64,000 nt of DNA from Acidobacteriota bacterium (GCA_017883165.1 JADGOC010000001.1:3252-67251); one strand, 5' to 3'; counted from the first letter of the stretch, positions 52,008 to 61,008 are shown. Numbers and translations: made by a program. Notes: generated by a model from the letters alone, not told the origin.

Positions 52008-54229
52008 AGCCCGGGACGTTTGAACAGCGCGGGATCGATCGGCGCGTTGATCTTGATGTCGGTGATGCGCCGCTCGCCGAGGCGTTGGCCGCCGGAATGC
52101 GCGGTCGTCAGGAACGGCACCTGCACCCCGTCGACCGCGCGGTAGTCGCTGAATCGCTCTTCGACGATCGGCTGGCCGGGCCCTGGGACGAACGTCTGCT
52201 TGGCGATGAGGCCCGACGCAGAATCGATCGAGAGGACGATGGGATCAAGGCCGCTCGCCGACAACTCCAGCGTTTGATACATCCGCCCCGCGTCGTCCTT
52301 CACGTCGGGAAGGACGCGCGCGCGCACCGTGCCGCCTTCAGCCGCGAGGAGCAGGCTGATGGTGTCGTGCTTGAAGTTCATCTCGATAAACCGAAGGTCC
52401 GGGGCTCCGACCTCGTGGACGCCGGTCGGATCGCGGGTCCATCCGTGCGCGCCGTCGTACACCTGCTGAACCGTCACGGTCGGGAACCTGATGTCCACGC
52501 GCACACGATTCGGATACTGCAGAATCGTCGTCGTCTCAACTTGCGCGACGCTGCCATCCGGGCCGCGCGCGGGCGCCATGCTGACGACGGTGAACGATTT
52601 CACGCCGCGCAGCGTCTCGAGCCCGCCCTTCGCGGCGACGACGCGATCGAGGAGCGCTTTGGCCTTGGCGCCTTCTTCGGGGACGAACGACGGCGGCGGC
52701 GGCGACGGCAGTTGGTACGAGATGGGCTGCAGCCGTCCGCCGGCCGCCGGCTTGTCGTGCTTGAAGTCGGCAGCGGTGAGATCCAGATTGCCGAGCTCCA
52801 CGGTTTCGAACTGCCCGAAGCCCACGCCCTCGAGCTGCGACCGGAACGCCGCGGCGTTGCCGACGAGGACGACCGACAGCCGATCGGGTTTGAGGTAGGC
52901 GCGTGCGACGCGCTGGATGTCGTCGGCCGTCACCGCGTTCACGCGCTCGCGGATGTTCTGCAGATCCGAGAGCGGCAGGTCGTAGAACACGACGTTCAGC
53001 ACCTGCAGCGCGATCTCGTCCGGCGTCTCGATGGTGAGCGGAAAGCTGCCCGTCAGGTACGCCTTCGCGTCGCCCAGCTCGCGCTCGCTCACGCGCTCGC
53101 GCTGCAGACGCCAGAACTCGTCGACGATGAGCCGCAGGACCTCGCCGGTCGCCTCCGAGCGCGTGTTGGTCTCGGCCTCGATGTCGCCGCTCCACTTCAG
53201 CGTGTCGAAGGAGGCCTGTGCGCCGTAGGTCAGCCCGCGCTCGGTGCGCAGCACCTGATGCAGACGGTTGCTTCCCTCGCCGCCGAGAATCCTGATGGCG
53301 AGATTGAGCGCCATGTAGTCGGGGCTCTTGCGCGGCACGCCGATGTGGCCGACGCGCACTTCGGTCTGGACGGCGTCGGGTTTGTCGACGACGACCACGC
53401 GCCGCGTCGGGTCGGGCGGCTCGATGAACGCGGTCGCCGGCACGTCGCGCCGCTCCCAGTCGCCGAACACGTTCTTGGCCTCCGCGAACGCTTCCTCGGC
53501 CGTCACGTCGCCGACGATGGCGAGAATGGCGTTGTTGGCGGCGAAATTCCGCCTGTGGAACGCCACGACGTCGTCGCGCGTGATCCCGCTGATGGTCTGC
53601 GGCGTGCCCGTCTGCGGCAGGCCGTACGGATGGAATCCGTACACCAGGCGATCGAACACGGCATTGGCGACGTAGTCGGGGTCTTCGAAGCTGACCTGCA
53701 GGCTGGACAGAATCTGCTGGCGCTGACGATCGATCTCCTGCGGCGCGAACGCCGGATGGCGCGCCATGTCGGACAGCATGCGAAGACCGAGATCGAAGCT
53801 GTCCTTCATCACGAACATGTTCAGGTAGCTGAGGTCGGTGCCCGCGCCCGTTCCCATCGCGCCACCGATGAAATCGATGGCGTCGGCCAGCTCCTGCGCC
53901 GACTTGGTCGTCGTGCCTTGATCCAGGAGCGACGCCGCCAGCCGCGCCAACCCGAGCTTGCCTTTCGGGTCCGACGATCCGCCCGCGCGAATCAGCAAAC
54001 GCATGCTCACCGCCGGCTGCTCGTGGTGCAGGACGACGACGACCTGAAGGCCGTTGGGCAGCGTCTGCACCTGATACGGCGGAAAGGACACGTCGTGCGC
54101 GGGCAGCGGACGCGGCGGAGTTTCCGTGGGCCACTGCTGCGCCGACGCGGTGCCGCGGAGACACAGAGACACACAGATCAGCAAGCCACAGAGCCACACG
54201 ACACGTCTCCGCGTCTCGGGTGCCCTCAT
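52004..54229 (-). CDS. M16-family peptidase-like protein lacking the HxxEH motif, with a ~255-aa C-terminal beta-rich extension
   Basis: The product has a signal peptide and an M16 fold, but GLARLAASLLDQGT replaces HxxEH. The extension starts around ...DFKHDKPAAGG (about 52775 downward). It has 4-nt overlaps with both neighbours. Confidence 0.75.
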   Translation of the reverse strand: MRAPETRRRVVWLCGLLICVSLCLRGTASAQQWPTETPPRPLPAHDVSFPPYQVQTLPNGLQVVVVLHHEQPAVSMRLLIRAGGSSDPKGKLGLARLAASLLDQGTTTKSAQELADAIDFIGGAMGTGAGTDLSYLNMFVMKDSFDLGLRMLSDMARHPAFAPQEIDRQRQQILSSLQVSFEDPDYVANAVFDRLVYGFHPYGLPQTGTPQTISGITRDDVVAFHRRNFAANNAILAIVGDVTAEEAFAEAKNVFGDWERRDVPATAFIEPPDPTRRVVVVDKPDAVQTEVRVGHIGVPRKSPDYMALNLAIRILGGEGSNRLHQVLRTERGLTYGAQASFDTLKWSGDIEAETNTRSEATGEVLRLIVDEFWRLQRERVSERELGDAKAYLTGSFPLTIETPDEIALQVLNVVFYDLPLSDLQNIRERVNAVTADDIQRVARAYLKPDRLSVVLVGNAAAFRSQLEGVGFGQFETVELGNLDLTAADFKHDKPAAGGRLQPISYQLPSPPPPSFVPEEGAKAKALLDRVVAAKGGLETLRGVKSFTVVSMAPARGPDGSVAQVETTTILQYPNRVRVDIRFPTVTVQQVYDGAHGWTRDPTGVHEVGAPDLRFIEMNFKHDTISLLLAAEGGTVRARVLPDVKDDAGRMYQTLELSASGLDPIVLSIDSASGLIAKQTFVPGPGQPIVEERFSDYRAVDGVQVPFLTTAHSGGQRLGERRITDIKINAPIDPALFKRPGL
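54154..54213. repeat. REP/MITE-like CACAGAG element, copy A (inverted arms CGCGGAGAC / GTCTCCGCG; 39-nt core at 54158-54196)
   Basis: The core is 35/39 nt identical to 56386-56424 by hand alignment. It encodes the signal-peptide core WLCGLLICVSLCL of the M16-like gene. Confidence 0.75.
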
Positions 54230-55605
54230 CGTCCTTCCGGCGCCCCGGCGCTCGGCCTCCCCGACGGCATCAGCGTGATCACCAGCCGATTCTCCGGCGT
54301 GAAGTACGTCCGCGCGACCCGCTGCACGTCGGCGATCGTGATGTTCTGGAAGATGTCGAACTCGCCGTCGCCCGTCTTGATGTCGTTATGAATGACGACG
54401 GCGTGCGCGAGCGTGGCCGCCTTCCCCTGGTTCGATTCGCGCATCGTGATGTAGTCGCGGGTGAACTGGTTCTTCGTGCGCTGCAGCTCGTGTTCGGTGA
54501 TCGGCTCGCTCTTCAGCCGCTCAATCTCGGCGATGAGTGCGTCGGCCGTCTCCTGCGTGGTGTGCGGCGCCTGCACGATCGCGACGGCGTAAAAGAGGTT
54601 CGGATCCTCGATGAGATTCGCCTGTCCGAACGCGGCGACCGCCAACTGCTTCTCGTAGACGAGCTTCTTGTAGATGCGCGAGCTCTCGCCGTCGGAGAGC
54701 ACCTTCGCCGCGATGTGCAGCGGGTACGAATCGGGGTTGCCGTCGTTGGTGATGTGATACGCCACGACCACCGCCGGCAGCGGCCACGGCTCCTGGAGCG
54801 TGACGCGCTTCTCTTTGGCCTGCGCCGGCTCCTTCGGGATGTCGCGCGGCACCGGCTGTTCGGCTTTCGCCACGCGGCCGAGATACTGCGTCACGAGCTG
54901 CTGCGCCTGCGCCGTGTCGAAGTCGCCGACGAGCACGAGCGTCGCGTTCGCCGGGGCGTAATAGGTGTGGTAGAAGGCGCGCACATCTTCGATCGACGCG
55001 GCCTCGAGATCCGTCATGCTGCCGATCGTCGGATGCTTGTACGGATGCACCGAGAAGGCCTGGTCGTAGATGATTTCCGTCAGCCGCCCGTACGGCTGGT
55101 TGTCGATGCGCATCCGGCGCTCTTCCTTCACCACCTGGCGCTCGTTGGCGAAGGTATCCTTGTCGATCCGCAGCGTCGCCATCCGATCGGCTTCGAGCCA
55201 CAGCGTGAGCGGCAGGTACTGCGCCGGCACCGTCTCCCAGAACACCGTTTCGTCGTCGGTCGTGTAGGCGTTGCTCTGGCCGCCGACCGACGAGATCATC
55301 GACGTGTGCCCGTCCGGATCGACGTTCTTCGAGCCTTTGAACATCAGGTGCTCGAAGAGATGCGCGAAACCGGTGCGCCCGCGTTTTTCGTTCTTCGACC
55401 CGACGTGATACCAGACCTCGAGGTGCACGATCGGCGTCGAGTGATCCTCTTCGAGCACAACGGTGAGCCCGTTGGGCAGCGTCGTCATCTGGTACTGCAG
55501 CTTGGGCGGCCTGACGGCGGCCGACATCGTCGATCGGGCGACGCACACCACGGCGACGGCAAACAGCCCGAAGGCCAGAGCGCGAACGATCCTTGAGGTC
55601 ATCAC
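54226..55605 (-). CDS. M16-family zinc peptidase (active subunit)
   Basis: The product has a signal peptide. GFAHLFEHLMFKGS contains the HxxEH motif, followed by ...NAYTTDDETVF. Confidence 0.85.
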   Translation of the reverse strand: MMTSRIVRALAFGLFAVAVVCVARSTMSAAVRPPKLQYQMTTLPNGLTVVLEEDHSTPIVHLEVWYHVGSKNEKRGRTGFAHLFEHLMFKGSKNVDPDGHTSMISSVGGQSNAYTTDDETVFWETVPAQYLPLTLWLEADRMATLRIDKDTFANERQVVKEERRMRIDNQPYGRLTEIIYDQAFSVHPYKHPTIGSMTDLEAASIEDVRAFYHTYYAPANATLVLVGDFDTAQAQQLVTQYLGRVAKAEQPVPRDIPKEPAQAKEKRVTLQEPWPLPAVVVAYHITNDGNPDSYPLHIAAKVLSDGESSRIYKKLVYEKQLAVAAFGQANLIEDPNLFYAVAIVQAPHTTQETADALIAEIERLKSEPITEHELQRTKNQFTRDYITMRESNQGKAATLAHAVVIHNDIKTGDGEFDIFQNITIADVQRVARTYFTPENRLVITLMPSGRPSAGAPEGR

Positions 55606-55629
55606 GCCAATTATCTCATTGCCGCGGGT

Positions 55630-56484
55630 TTACTGGCTGACGAAGCGGAAGCCGGCGAAGATCCAGCGCTGTCGCTGGCGATCGAGCGGATCGGCGTCCA
55701 CGCGGCGCTCGACGCCCGCGAAGAGCTCGACCGCGCCGGCACGGCCGTTGAGGCGGAGGCCGCCTTCCACACGGCCGCCCCGCTGCGTGTCGCGGCCGGC
55801 CAGCGCCGGGTCGACGCCGAAGAGCTCGCCGAGGCCGTGCGCGAACACGCCGACATGGGCGTTTACCGGCTGGCGAATCACGACGTCGGCGTCGCCGGTC
55901 CAGGTGTAATCGACGTACGCGCGCGCAATAACGCGGCCGGCGCTGCCCTGGAGGTCGATCGTGGCGCCCCCGACCGTCACGCGGCGGAGCGCCCGCACGC
56001 CCACGACGTTCCACGCGATCGCAAAATTCTTCGGCCGATCGCTGAGATGACGCGACACGTGATGCAACATGCCCGCGATTTCCGTCGCGCCCGCGCGCAG
56101 CGACGCCGACGCCTCGAGCGTGTAATTGCCCTGGTTCGGATCGAAGAGCCGCAGCTGATCGCCGAGCACCGCTTCGTAGTCCATGAGAATGTTCGCGCGG
56201 CCGACGACGTAGTCGACCAGATCGACATCGCCGCCAAAGTGCGTCTGCCACGAGAACCGCGGATCGTCGATCGACAGCGCGTCCACCGACAGATGAAAGT
56301 TGTAGTGCGTGAGGAAGTCGGGCGACGCCGCCGGCGCTTCGGGCCTCGGAAGCGGCGGCTGCGCATACGCCTGAGAGGCGCCACCGAGACACAGAGACAC
56401 GATGATCACCAAGCCACAGAGCCACGGAGTCACGGAGCCATTTACTTGCGATCTCTGCGTCTCTGTGCCTCTGTCGCGCGTCAT
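55630..56484 (-). CDS. Hypothetical secreted protein, probably an outer-membrane beta-barrel
   Basis: The product has a signal peptide (...[24 protein letters not shown]) and alternating hydrophobic/polar beta-strand patterns. Its aromatic-rich C-terminus reads [12 protein letters not shown] recognise no family. Confidence 0.55.
   Translation of the reverse strand: MTRDRGTETQRSQVNGSVTPWLCGLVIIVSLCLGGASQAYAQPPLPRPEAPAASPDFLTHYNFHLSVDALSIDDPRFSWQTHFGGDVDLVDYVVGRANILMDYEAVLGDQLRLFDPNQGNYTLEASASLRAGATEIAGMLHHVSRHLSDRPKNFAIAWNVVGVRALRRVTVGGATIDLQGSAGRVIARAYVDYTWTGDADVVIRQPVNAHVGVFAHGLGELFGVDPALAGRDTQRGGRVEGGLRLNGRAGAVELFAGVERRVDADPLDRQRQRWIFAGFRFVSQ
56386..56471. repeat. REP/MITE-like CACAGAG element, copy B (arms GAGACACAGAGAC / GTCTCTGTGCCTC; 39-nt core at 56386-56424)
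   Basis: See copy A. This copy covers codons about 5-33 of the beta-barrel-like gene. Confidence 0.75.
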
Positions 56485-57578
56485 TCTCGGGGCCTCTTCT
56501 GTTCGAGCTCGGCAATCCGCTGCTCGAGCTCGGCAATCTGTTTCTTGAGCGCCGGCAACTGGCGGAAGATCGCCGACGCCTTCAGCCAGTCGCGGTTCTT
56601 GATGGCGGGATATCCGGAGACGAATTCGCCCGCGTCGAGCGAGTGGGGAATCCCGGTCTGCGCGGTGGCGACCGCGCCCTTGCCGATGCGCAGATGTCCC
56701 GCCACCCCCACCTGCCCCGCCAGCACCACGTCGTCCTCGATCACGGTGCTGCCGGCGATGCCGACCTGCGCCGCGAGCAGCGCGCGCGCCCCGACGCTGA
56801 CGCCATGCGCGATCTGCACGAGGTTGTCGATTTTCGCGCCGGCGTGAATCCGCGTTTCGCCGACCGCGGGGCGATCGATCGCCGTGTTGGCGCCGATCTC
56901 GACGTCGTCTTCGATCACGACCGCGGCGTGCTGCGGAATCTTCAGGTGCGTGCCGTCCGCCTGCTTGACGAAGCCGAAGCCGTCGCTGCCGAGCACGGCC
57001 CCGTCCTGCACGATGACCCGGTGGCCGATCACGACGCGCTCGCGGATGGACACATGCGAATGGATGACGCAGTCGTCGCCGAGCTGGACGCCGGCGCCGA
57101 TCACGGCGCTGGGAAAAATGATGGTCCGGGCGCCGATCGTGGCGCCGGATCCGATCGTCACGAACGGTCCGATCGAGACGTCGGGCCCGAGCGCGGCGTC
57201 GGCGGCGACGCTGCTCAACCGATCGACGCCCTTGGCCGGCGGCGTGGCCTGGGCGAGCAGCGCGACGGCGTGCGCGAAGGCGAGGTAGGGATTGTCGGCG
57301 CGCAACACGGCGCAGGTCGCGGGAACGGCACGGACGGCGTCGCCCGACGCGGACGCGGCCAGAATGACCGCCGACGCGCGCGTCTGGCCGAGCAGCGCCT
57401 GGTAGCGCGGGTTGGCGAGAAAGGTGAGGTCCCCCGGGCCCGCCTGCTCGATACCGGCGACGCGGCGGATGTCGGCGTCTTCGTTTCCGACGAGGCCAGC
57501 GGGGCCCGCGGCGCGCTCGAGGCGGCAGTGCAAACGGTCAGCGAGGTCGCGCAGCTTCAAGGAATGTAAGAATCTCAC
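56481..57578 (-). CDS. lpxD: UDP-3-O-acylglucosamine N-acyltransferase
   Basis: The product has the LpxD N-terminal domain ([16 protein letters not shown]...) and long left-handed beta-helix hexapeptide repeats, ending in a coiled-coil tail. Confidence 0.9.
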   Translation of the reverse strand: MRFLHSLKLRDLADRLHCRLERAAGPAGLVGNEDADIRRVAGIEQAGPGDLTFLANPRYQALLGQTRASAVILAASASGDAVRAVPATCAVLRADNPYLAFAHAVALLAQATPPAKGVDRLSSVAADAALGPDVSIGPFVTIGSGATIGARTIIFPSAVIGAGVQLGDDCVIHSHVSIRERVVIGHRVIVQDGAVLGSDGFGFVKQADGTHLKIPQHAAVVIEDDVEIGANTAIDRPAVGETRIHAGAKIDNLVQIAHGVSVGARALLAAQVGIAGSTVIEDDVVLAGQVGVAGHLRIGKGAVATAQTGIPHSLDAGEFVSGYPAIKNRDWLKASAIFRQLPALKKQIAELEQRIAELEQKRPRE

Positions 57579-57620
57579 ATCCCCGGGTTTCTTGCATTAC
57601 ACTGACGTGCCGAAACCGTC

Positions 57621-58076
57621 ATGCCACTTACTGATCTCACGCTGCGTCTGCTCCTCGCGGCCGGCCTGGGCGCCGCGATCGGCCTCGAACGCGAGTACCG
57701 CCAGAAGCCGGCCGGCCTGCGCACGAACATCCTGATTGCGTTGGGATCGGCGTTGTTCACCTTGATCTCGATTCAGATGGGCCTCGCCGGGCGGACGCCG
57801 GATCGCATCGCGGCTCAGGTGGTCACCGGCATCGGGTTTCTCGGCGGCGGCGCGATTCTCAGAAGCGGCCGCAACGTCCACGGGATGACCACCGCCGCCA
57901 CCATCTGGGTGAACGCGGCGGTCGGGATGGCCGCCGGGGCCGGGCAGTTCGCGATCGCGACCGCCACCACGACGATCACGCTCGTGGTGCTGTCGCTCCT
58001 GCCGCCCATCGAAGCGTTCTTCGAGCGCCGCGCCGGCCTCGTCAACCCGCACGAGCGCACGCGCGACGTGAATTAA
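57621..58076 (+). CDS. mgtC: MgtC/SapB-family membrane protein
   Basis: The sequence LRLLLAAGLGAAIGLEREYRQKPAGLRTNILIALGSALF is the family signature. Confidence 0.85.
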   Translation: MPLTDLTLRLLLAAGLGAAIGLEREYRQKPAGLRTNILIALGSALFTLISIQMGLAGRTPDRIAAQVVTGIGFLGGGAILRSGRNVHGMTTAATIWVNAAVGMAAGAGQFAIATATTTITLVVLSLLPPIEAFFERRAGLVNPHERTRDVN

Positions 58077-58957
58077 GGCTTTCTCACCTTCTGCACACCG
58101 CGCGGCATCTCGGTCTTGAGCGCCGGCTTGCCCGCCAGTTCCCACGCGCCGACAATCAGCGACGCGGTGGCCGTGACCGAATCGCTCAGCCGCTTCTCGA
58201 GCATCGGCTTCACCTTCGTGAAGAACTTCTCGTAGTAATCATCGTCGTAGGTCTCTTTGCCGGCGACGGCTTCCTTGTCCGCGTCGAGCAGCGGCTGCAC
58301 GAGCTGGTAGCTCTCGAGCAGCGCGTCGAAGGCGGCGTCCCGCGCGTTCCTGATGCCCACCGGAGGCGCCGGGTTGATCGTCAGGCGCGCCTGGAAGCGG
58401 TCGAACAGCGCCGACTCGAACCGCGCGTGCACGCCATTCTGCCCGGTGAGCTGGCCGTCGAAATTGTTCGACGCGTGCAGCGGTTGATGCGCGTCCTGCA
58501 TGTAGTGCGAGGCGACGGCGCTGAAGAGCACCGTGTCGCTCATCGGAAAGCCGCCGTTCCTGTTGAACCCGTCGAACGCACGGCGCAGATTGCCGAACTC
58601 TTCAGCTTCCCGCCACGGCAGCAGGCCGTCGCGCTTGAGCGTCGCCATCCCGAATTTTTCGATGGCCGCGCCGTACTCGCGCGGCAGCGCCGTGAACGGA
58701 TAGGGTCCGAACTCGGGCGCGCCGAAGTCCACGAAGTGGTTCGGGTCGTCTTCCCATCCGATGTTCCGCCACACATCGGGATCGGCGACGCGGACGACGA
58801 GCTCGTCACGGAAGTGGACGAAGAACGGCTTGATCTCAGCGGGCAGAATATCGATGGCGCGCCGCATGATCTCGCGGTGCGCGGCCGTGCCCCACGCGTA
58901 CGACGGCGAGGGCGCCAGCAACAACAGGATTAGGGCGGCAGAAGCAGCTCTCGACAT
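58073..58957 (-). CDS. Secreted S1/P1-type zinc nuclease family protein
   Basis: The signal peptide ends ...SYA-WGTAAHREI, which is the WGxxxH start. HYMQDAHQPLHAS resembles the HxxGDxHQPLH signature of S1/P1 nucleases. Confidence 0.65.
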   Translation of the reverse strand: MSRAASAALILLLLAPSPSYAWGTAAHREIMRRAIDILPAEIKPFFVHFRDELVVRVADPDVWRNIGWEDDPNHFVDFGAPEFGPYPFTALPREYGAAIEKFGMATLKRDGLLPWREAEEFGNLRRAFDGFNRNGGFPMSDTVLFSAVASHYMQDAHQPLHASNNFDGQLTGQNGVHARFESALFDRFQARLTINPAPPVGIRNARDAAFDALLESYQLVQPLLDADKEAVAGKETYDDDYYEKFFTKVKPMLEKRLSDSVTATASLIVGAWELAGKPALKTEMPRGVQKVRKP

Positions 58958-58974
58958 GCCGGTATAGTAACAGC

Positions 58975-60123
58975 GTGGATAACGTCACGCACACGTTGTT
59001 CGCGCTGACGCTCGCGCGGACGCCGCTCGGCCGTGCCGGCCGGGGAACGACGGCCGCGCTCGTCCTGGCCTCGAACGCCCCGGATATCGACATCGTCGCC
59101 GCCGCGCGCGGCGCCACGTCGTACATGACGTGGCACCGGGGGCCGACCCATGGCTCGCTCGGCATCGCGGGCCTTGGTGTGGCCAGCGCGGGCCTCGTGT
59201 GGATCGGCCGGCGAATCATCGATCGGCGCACGATCGGGCGCGAAGCGGCGCCGCGATCCGCGCCAGACGCCTCGTTCGGCATGCTGATCGCGATCTCGAT
59301 GATCGGCGTGCTGCTGCACGTGCTGATGGATCTGGCGACGTCGTACGGCACGCGGCTCCTGAGTCCGTTCGACTGGCACTGGTTCGCCGTCGACTGGCTG
59401 CCGATTGTCGACGTGTATCTCTTGATGATTCTCGTGGCCGGCCTGGTGTCTGCTGAAGTCCTAAAAGCATCGAAAGCCTCGACGGCGTCGAGGCGGAGCC
59501 TCGCGGCGATCACCCTGATGCTGATGGCCGCCAACTACGGCGTCCGCGCCGTCGCGCATCATCAGGCGCTCGCCCAAGCGCCGCGGTTGTTTGGTCCGCT
59601 TCTCCCGCAGCCGTGCGATCCGGGCGCCGCGACGCCGGCGATCGAATACTGGCCGCGCGGCGGCGTCACGACGTCGGAGTCGGGTAAACCGTGCCTCATC
59701 GGGATCGCCGCCGTCCCCACCTTCCTCTCGCCGTTCCGCTGGCGCATGATCGCGCACCTGTCGAACGGCTACGACCTGCATGAGCTCGACGTGCTGGACG
59801 CCCGCCTGCAGCGCCCGGCCGAACCCGGGGAAGCGTTCTGGCGCCGCTCCGTCCGGTACCCGAACCAATGGACGGCGCCCACGTTCTTGGCCGCCGCGAC
59901 GCGGACGGCGCGCGGCTTTCTCGGGTTCGCGCGCTTTCCGGCAGCGCGATCATTTGTCGATCCCTCGGGCGTGGCCACCGTGCGCTGGGTCGACATGCGG
60001 TTCGCGGCCGGCATCTTGTCGTTCGCGCCCGGTGCGAACGGGCCGCGAGGCGCCGATCGGCTGACGGTGCTCGTGCGCATGGGCCCCGACGGCCGCGTCC
60101 TCGACGAAGCGTTCTCGCGATAA
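58975..60123 (+). CDS. Membrane-bound metal-dependent hydrolase (YdjM/DUF457 family) with a C-terminal extension
   Basis: MDNVTHTLFALTLARTPLG...SNAPDIDIV...WHRGPTHG is typical of DUF457. The GTG start is only 17 nt from the divergent nuclease start. Confidence 0.75.
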   Translation: MDNVTHTLFALTLARTPLGRAGRGTTAALVLASNAPDIDIVAAARGATSYMTWHRGPTHGSLGIAGLGVASAGLVWIGRRIIDRRTIGREAAPRSAPDASFGMLIAISMIGVLLHVLMDLATSYGTRLLSPFDWHWFAVDWLPIVDVYLLMILVAGLVSAEVLKASKASTASRRSLAAITLMLMAANYGVRAVAHHQALAQAPRLFGPLLPQPCDPGAATPAIEYWPRGGVTTSESGKPCLIGIAAVPTFLSPFRWRMIAHLSNGYDLHELDVLDARLQRPAEPGEAFWRRSVRYPNQWTAPTFLAAATRTARGFLGFARFPAARSFVDPSGVATVRWVDMRFAAGILSFAPGANGPRGADRLTVLVRMGPDGRVLDEAFSR

Positions 60124-60126
60124 GCC

Positions 60127-61008
60127 ATGCCACGGATCGGCGCGCACATGTCGGTGGCCGGCGGACTGCCGCGCGCGGTCGAGCGCGGGATCGTCCACGG
60201 CTGCGAGACGATGCAGATCTTCGCCAAGAACGCGAATCAGTGGCGCGGACGCGAGCTGCCGCGCGAAGAGATTCGCGAGTTCCGAACCGCGCTCGACGCC
60301 AGCGGCATCGCACCCGTCGTGTCGCACGCGAGTTATCTGATCAACCTGGCGACGACGGTCCCGGCGCTTCGTGCACAGTCGATCGAAGCGATGGGCGACG
60401 AGCTCGATCGCGCCGAGGCGCTGGGGCTGCTCGGCGTCGTGCTGCATCCGGGCTGCTACACGCGCGGCACCGAGGCGGACGGGCTCGTGCTGATCGCGGA
60501 CGCGCTCGTCGCACTCCTCCGCGCCCGGCGCCGCGGCAAGACGATGGTGCTGCTCGAACACACCGCCGGGCAGGGCACGTCGCTCGGCGCCACCTTCGAG
60601 CATCTCGCCTCGATCATCGCCGCGATGCACGATCACCCGCGCGTCGGCGTCTGCCTCGACACGTGCCATCTGCTCGCGTCGGGATACGACATCTGCTCGG
60701 CAGAGGGATACGCGCGGACGTTCACCCGGTTCGGCCGGCTCGTCGGCTTCGATCGTCTGAAGGTGTTTCATCTGAACGATTCGAAGAAGCCGCTCGGCAG
60801 CCGTGTCGATCGCCACGAGCACATCGGGCAAGGCTGCCTCGGCCTCGAACCGTTCCGCCGCATCGTCAACGACCGACGGTTCAGGGGGGTGCCGATGCTG
60901 CTCGAGACGCCGAAAGAGGAAGGCCCGGCGAAAGGCCCGCTCGACGTGGATCGATTCGACGAACGAAACCTGCGCATCCTGCGTGATTTGCTCAGCGCCC
61001 GAAGATAG
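60127..61008 (+). CDS. nfo: Endonuclease IV (AP endonuclease)
   Basis: The product contains MPRIGAHMSVAGGL, ...VSHASYLINLA, ...LEHTAGQG and ...HLNDSK...DRHEHIGQG. Confidence 0.9.
   Translation: MPRIGAHMSVAGGLPRAVERGIVHGCETMQIFAKNANQWRGRELPREEIREFRTALDASGIAPVVSHASYLINLATTVPALRAQSIEAMGDELDRAEALGLLGVVLHPGCYTRGTEADGLVLIADALVALLRARRRGKTMVLLEHTAGQGTSLGATFEHLASIIAAMHDHPRVGVCLDTCHLLASGYDICSAEGYARTFTRFGRLVGFDRLKVFHLNDSKKPLGSRVDRHEHIGQGCLGLEPFRRIVNDRRFRGVPMLLETPKEEGPAKGPLDVDRFDERNLRILRDLLSARR

Noticed and set aside
58958-58974. An SOS (LexA) box in the nuclease / YdjM-like spacer, because ydjM is LexA-regulated in E. coli.
   Set aside because: The sequence has ACAG at 58970-58973, but the position 8 nt upstream reads GCCG, not CTGT. 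No other known LexA motif type is evident.
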